Origin: Chiloscyllium plagiosum
Lineage: Eukaryota
Direction of reading: 5' to 3'
Assembly (NCBI RefSeq): GCF_004010195.1
Contig: NC_057750.1
Location: 13,208,448-13,230,298, forward strand
Length of the DNA: 21,851 bases
Below, in pieces: positions 20,256 through 21,851 of the stretch. Every line of letters starts with the position of its first letter. The first letter of the stretch is position 1. The notes below the pieces were generated by a model. It had not been told where the DNA came from. It was given only the letters and a program-made list of their open reading frames with translations, and made no database searches. Both the position numbers and the translations under genes were made by a program.

Positions 20256-21851
20256 TGGTCAATGGGTACAGCTTAGAGCCAGTCTGTTACTGGTCAGAGG
20301 GTACCAGGTTAGTGCCAGTTTGTTATCTGTCAGTGTGTACCAGGTTAGTGCCAGTCTGTTACCAGTCAATTGGTGCAGGTTAGTACTGGTTTGTTACCGG
20401 ACAGTGGGTACCAGGTTAGTGCAGGTTAGTGCCAGTCTGTTACTGGACAGTGGGTACAGGTTAGTGCCAGTCTGTTACCAGTCAGTCGATACCAAGTTAG
20501 TACTGGTCTGTTACTGGTCATTGGGTGCCAGGTTAGTGCCAGTCTGCTACTGGACAGTGGGTACAAGTTAGTGCCAGTCCATTACTGGACAGTGGGTACC
20601 AGGTGAGTGCCAGTCTGTTACTGGTCATTGGGTACAGGTTAGTGCCAGTCTGTTACTGGTCGGTGGGTACCAGATTAGTGCCAGTCTGTTACTGGACAGT
20701 GGGTACAGGTGAGTGCCAGTCTGTTATTGGTCAGTGGGTACAGGTTAGTGCCAGTCCATTACTGGACAGTGGGTACAGGGTGAGTGCCAGTCTGTTACTG
20801 GTCATTGGGTACAGGTTAGTGCCAGTCCATTACTGGTCGGTGGGTACCAGGTTAGTGCCAGTCTGTTACTGGACAGTGGGTACAGGTGAGTGCCAGTCTG
20901 TTATTGGTCAGTGGGTATAGGTTAGTGCCAGTCCATTACTGGACAGTGGGTACAGGTTAGTGCCAGTCCGTTACTGGTCAGTGGGTACAGGTTAGTGCCA
21001 GTCTGTTACTAGACAGTGAGTTCAGGTTAGTGCCAGTCTGTTATTGGACAGTGGGTACATGTTAGTGCCAGTCCGTTACTGGTCAGTGAGTACCAGGTTA
21101 GTGCCAGTCCGTTATTGGACAGTAGGTACAGGTTAGTGCCAGTCTGTTACTGGTCAGTGAGTACCAGGTTAGTGCCAGTCCGTTTCTGGACAGTGGGTAC
21201 AGGTTAGTGCCAGTCCGTTACTGGTCAGTGGGTACAGGTTAGAGCCAGTCTGTTATTGGTCAGTGAGTACCAGGTTAGTGCCAGTCCGTTACTGGACAGT
21301 GGGTACAGGTTAGTGCCAGTCCGTTGCTGGTCAGTGAGTACCAGGTTAGTGCCAGTCCGTTACTGGACAGTGGGTACAGGTTAGTGCCAGTCCGTTTCTG
21401 GACAGTGGGAACAGGTTAGTGCCAGTCCGTTACTGGTCAGTGGGTACAGGTTAGTGCCAGTCTGGTACTGGTCAGTGGGTACAGGTTAGTGCCAGTCCGT
21501 TACTGGTCAGTGAGTACCAGGTTAGTGCCAGTCTGTTACTGGTCAGTGGGTACAGGTTAGTGCCAGTCCGTTACTGGTCAGTGGGTACAGGTTAGTGCCA
21601 GTCCGTTACTGGACAGTGAGTACCAGGTTAGTGCCATCCATTACTGGACAGTGGGTACAGGTTAGTGCCAGTCCATTACTGGACAGTGGGTACAGGTTAG
21701 TGCCAGTCCATTACTGGACAGTGGGTACAGGTTAGTGCCAGTCCATTACTGGACAGTGGGTACAGGTTAGTGCCAGTCCATTACTGGACAGTGGGTACAG
21801 GTTAGTGCCAGTCCGTTACTGGTCAGTGAGTACCAGGTTAGTGCCAGTCTG
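20255..21851. repeat. Satellite/minisatellite, 35-36-bp unit ACTGG(T/A)CAGTGGGTACAGGTTAGTGCCAGTC(T/C)GTT, ~45 copies, continuing past the window end
   Basis: Directly visible head-to-tail array. Confidence 0.97.

Noticed and set aside
20255..21851. 35-bp partly palindromic repeats resembling a CRISPR array
   Set aside because: Units are head-to-tail with no unique spacers, there are no cas genes, and the context is vertebrate.

Overview
Eukaryotic, repeat-dominated genomic DNA with two assembly gaps (1102-1362, 5067-5936), almost certainly from a cartilaginous fish (shark). This is inferred from HE1-type V-SINEs and HER1/CR1-type LINE tails recalled from the literature. Most of the window consists of decayed CR1 LINE fragments, a second L2/Crack-like LINE family ('family B'), tRNA-derived SINEs, Penelope-like element remnants with decayed hammerhead-ribozyme cores, one pogo/Tigger-like MITE, TG microsatellites, a 32-bp minisatellite and a 35-bp satellite that runs off the right end. 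No intact gene is identifiable. The unique sequence contains a candidate + strand exon (13503-13620), weaker exon candidates and a paired CCAAT-box region, so the window may be the 5'/intronic part of an unidentified host gene. I see no convincing novel biological system. The best leads are the hammerhead-bearing inverted Penelope-like structures, the candidate exon and a shared non-LINE junction in two LINE copies. Element boundaries were read by eye and are approximate.
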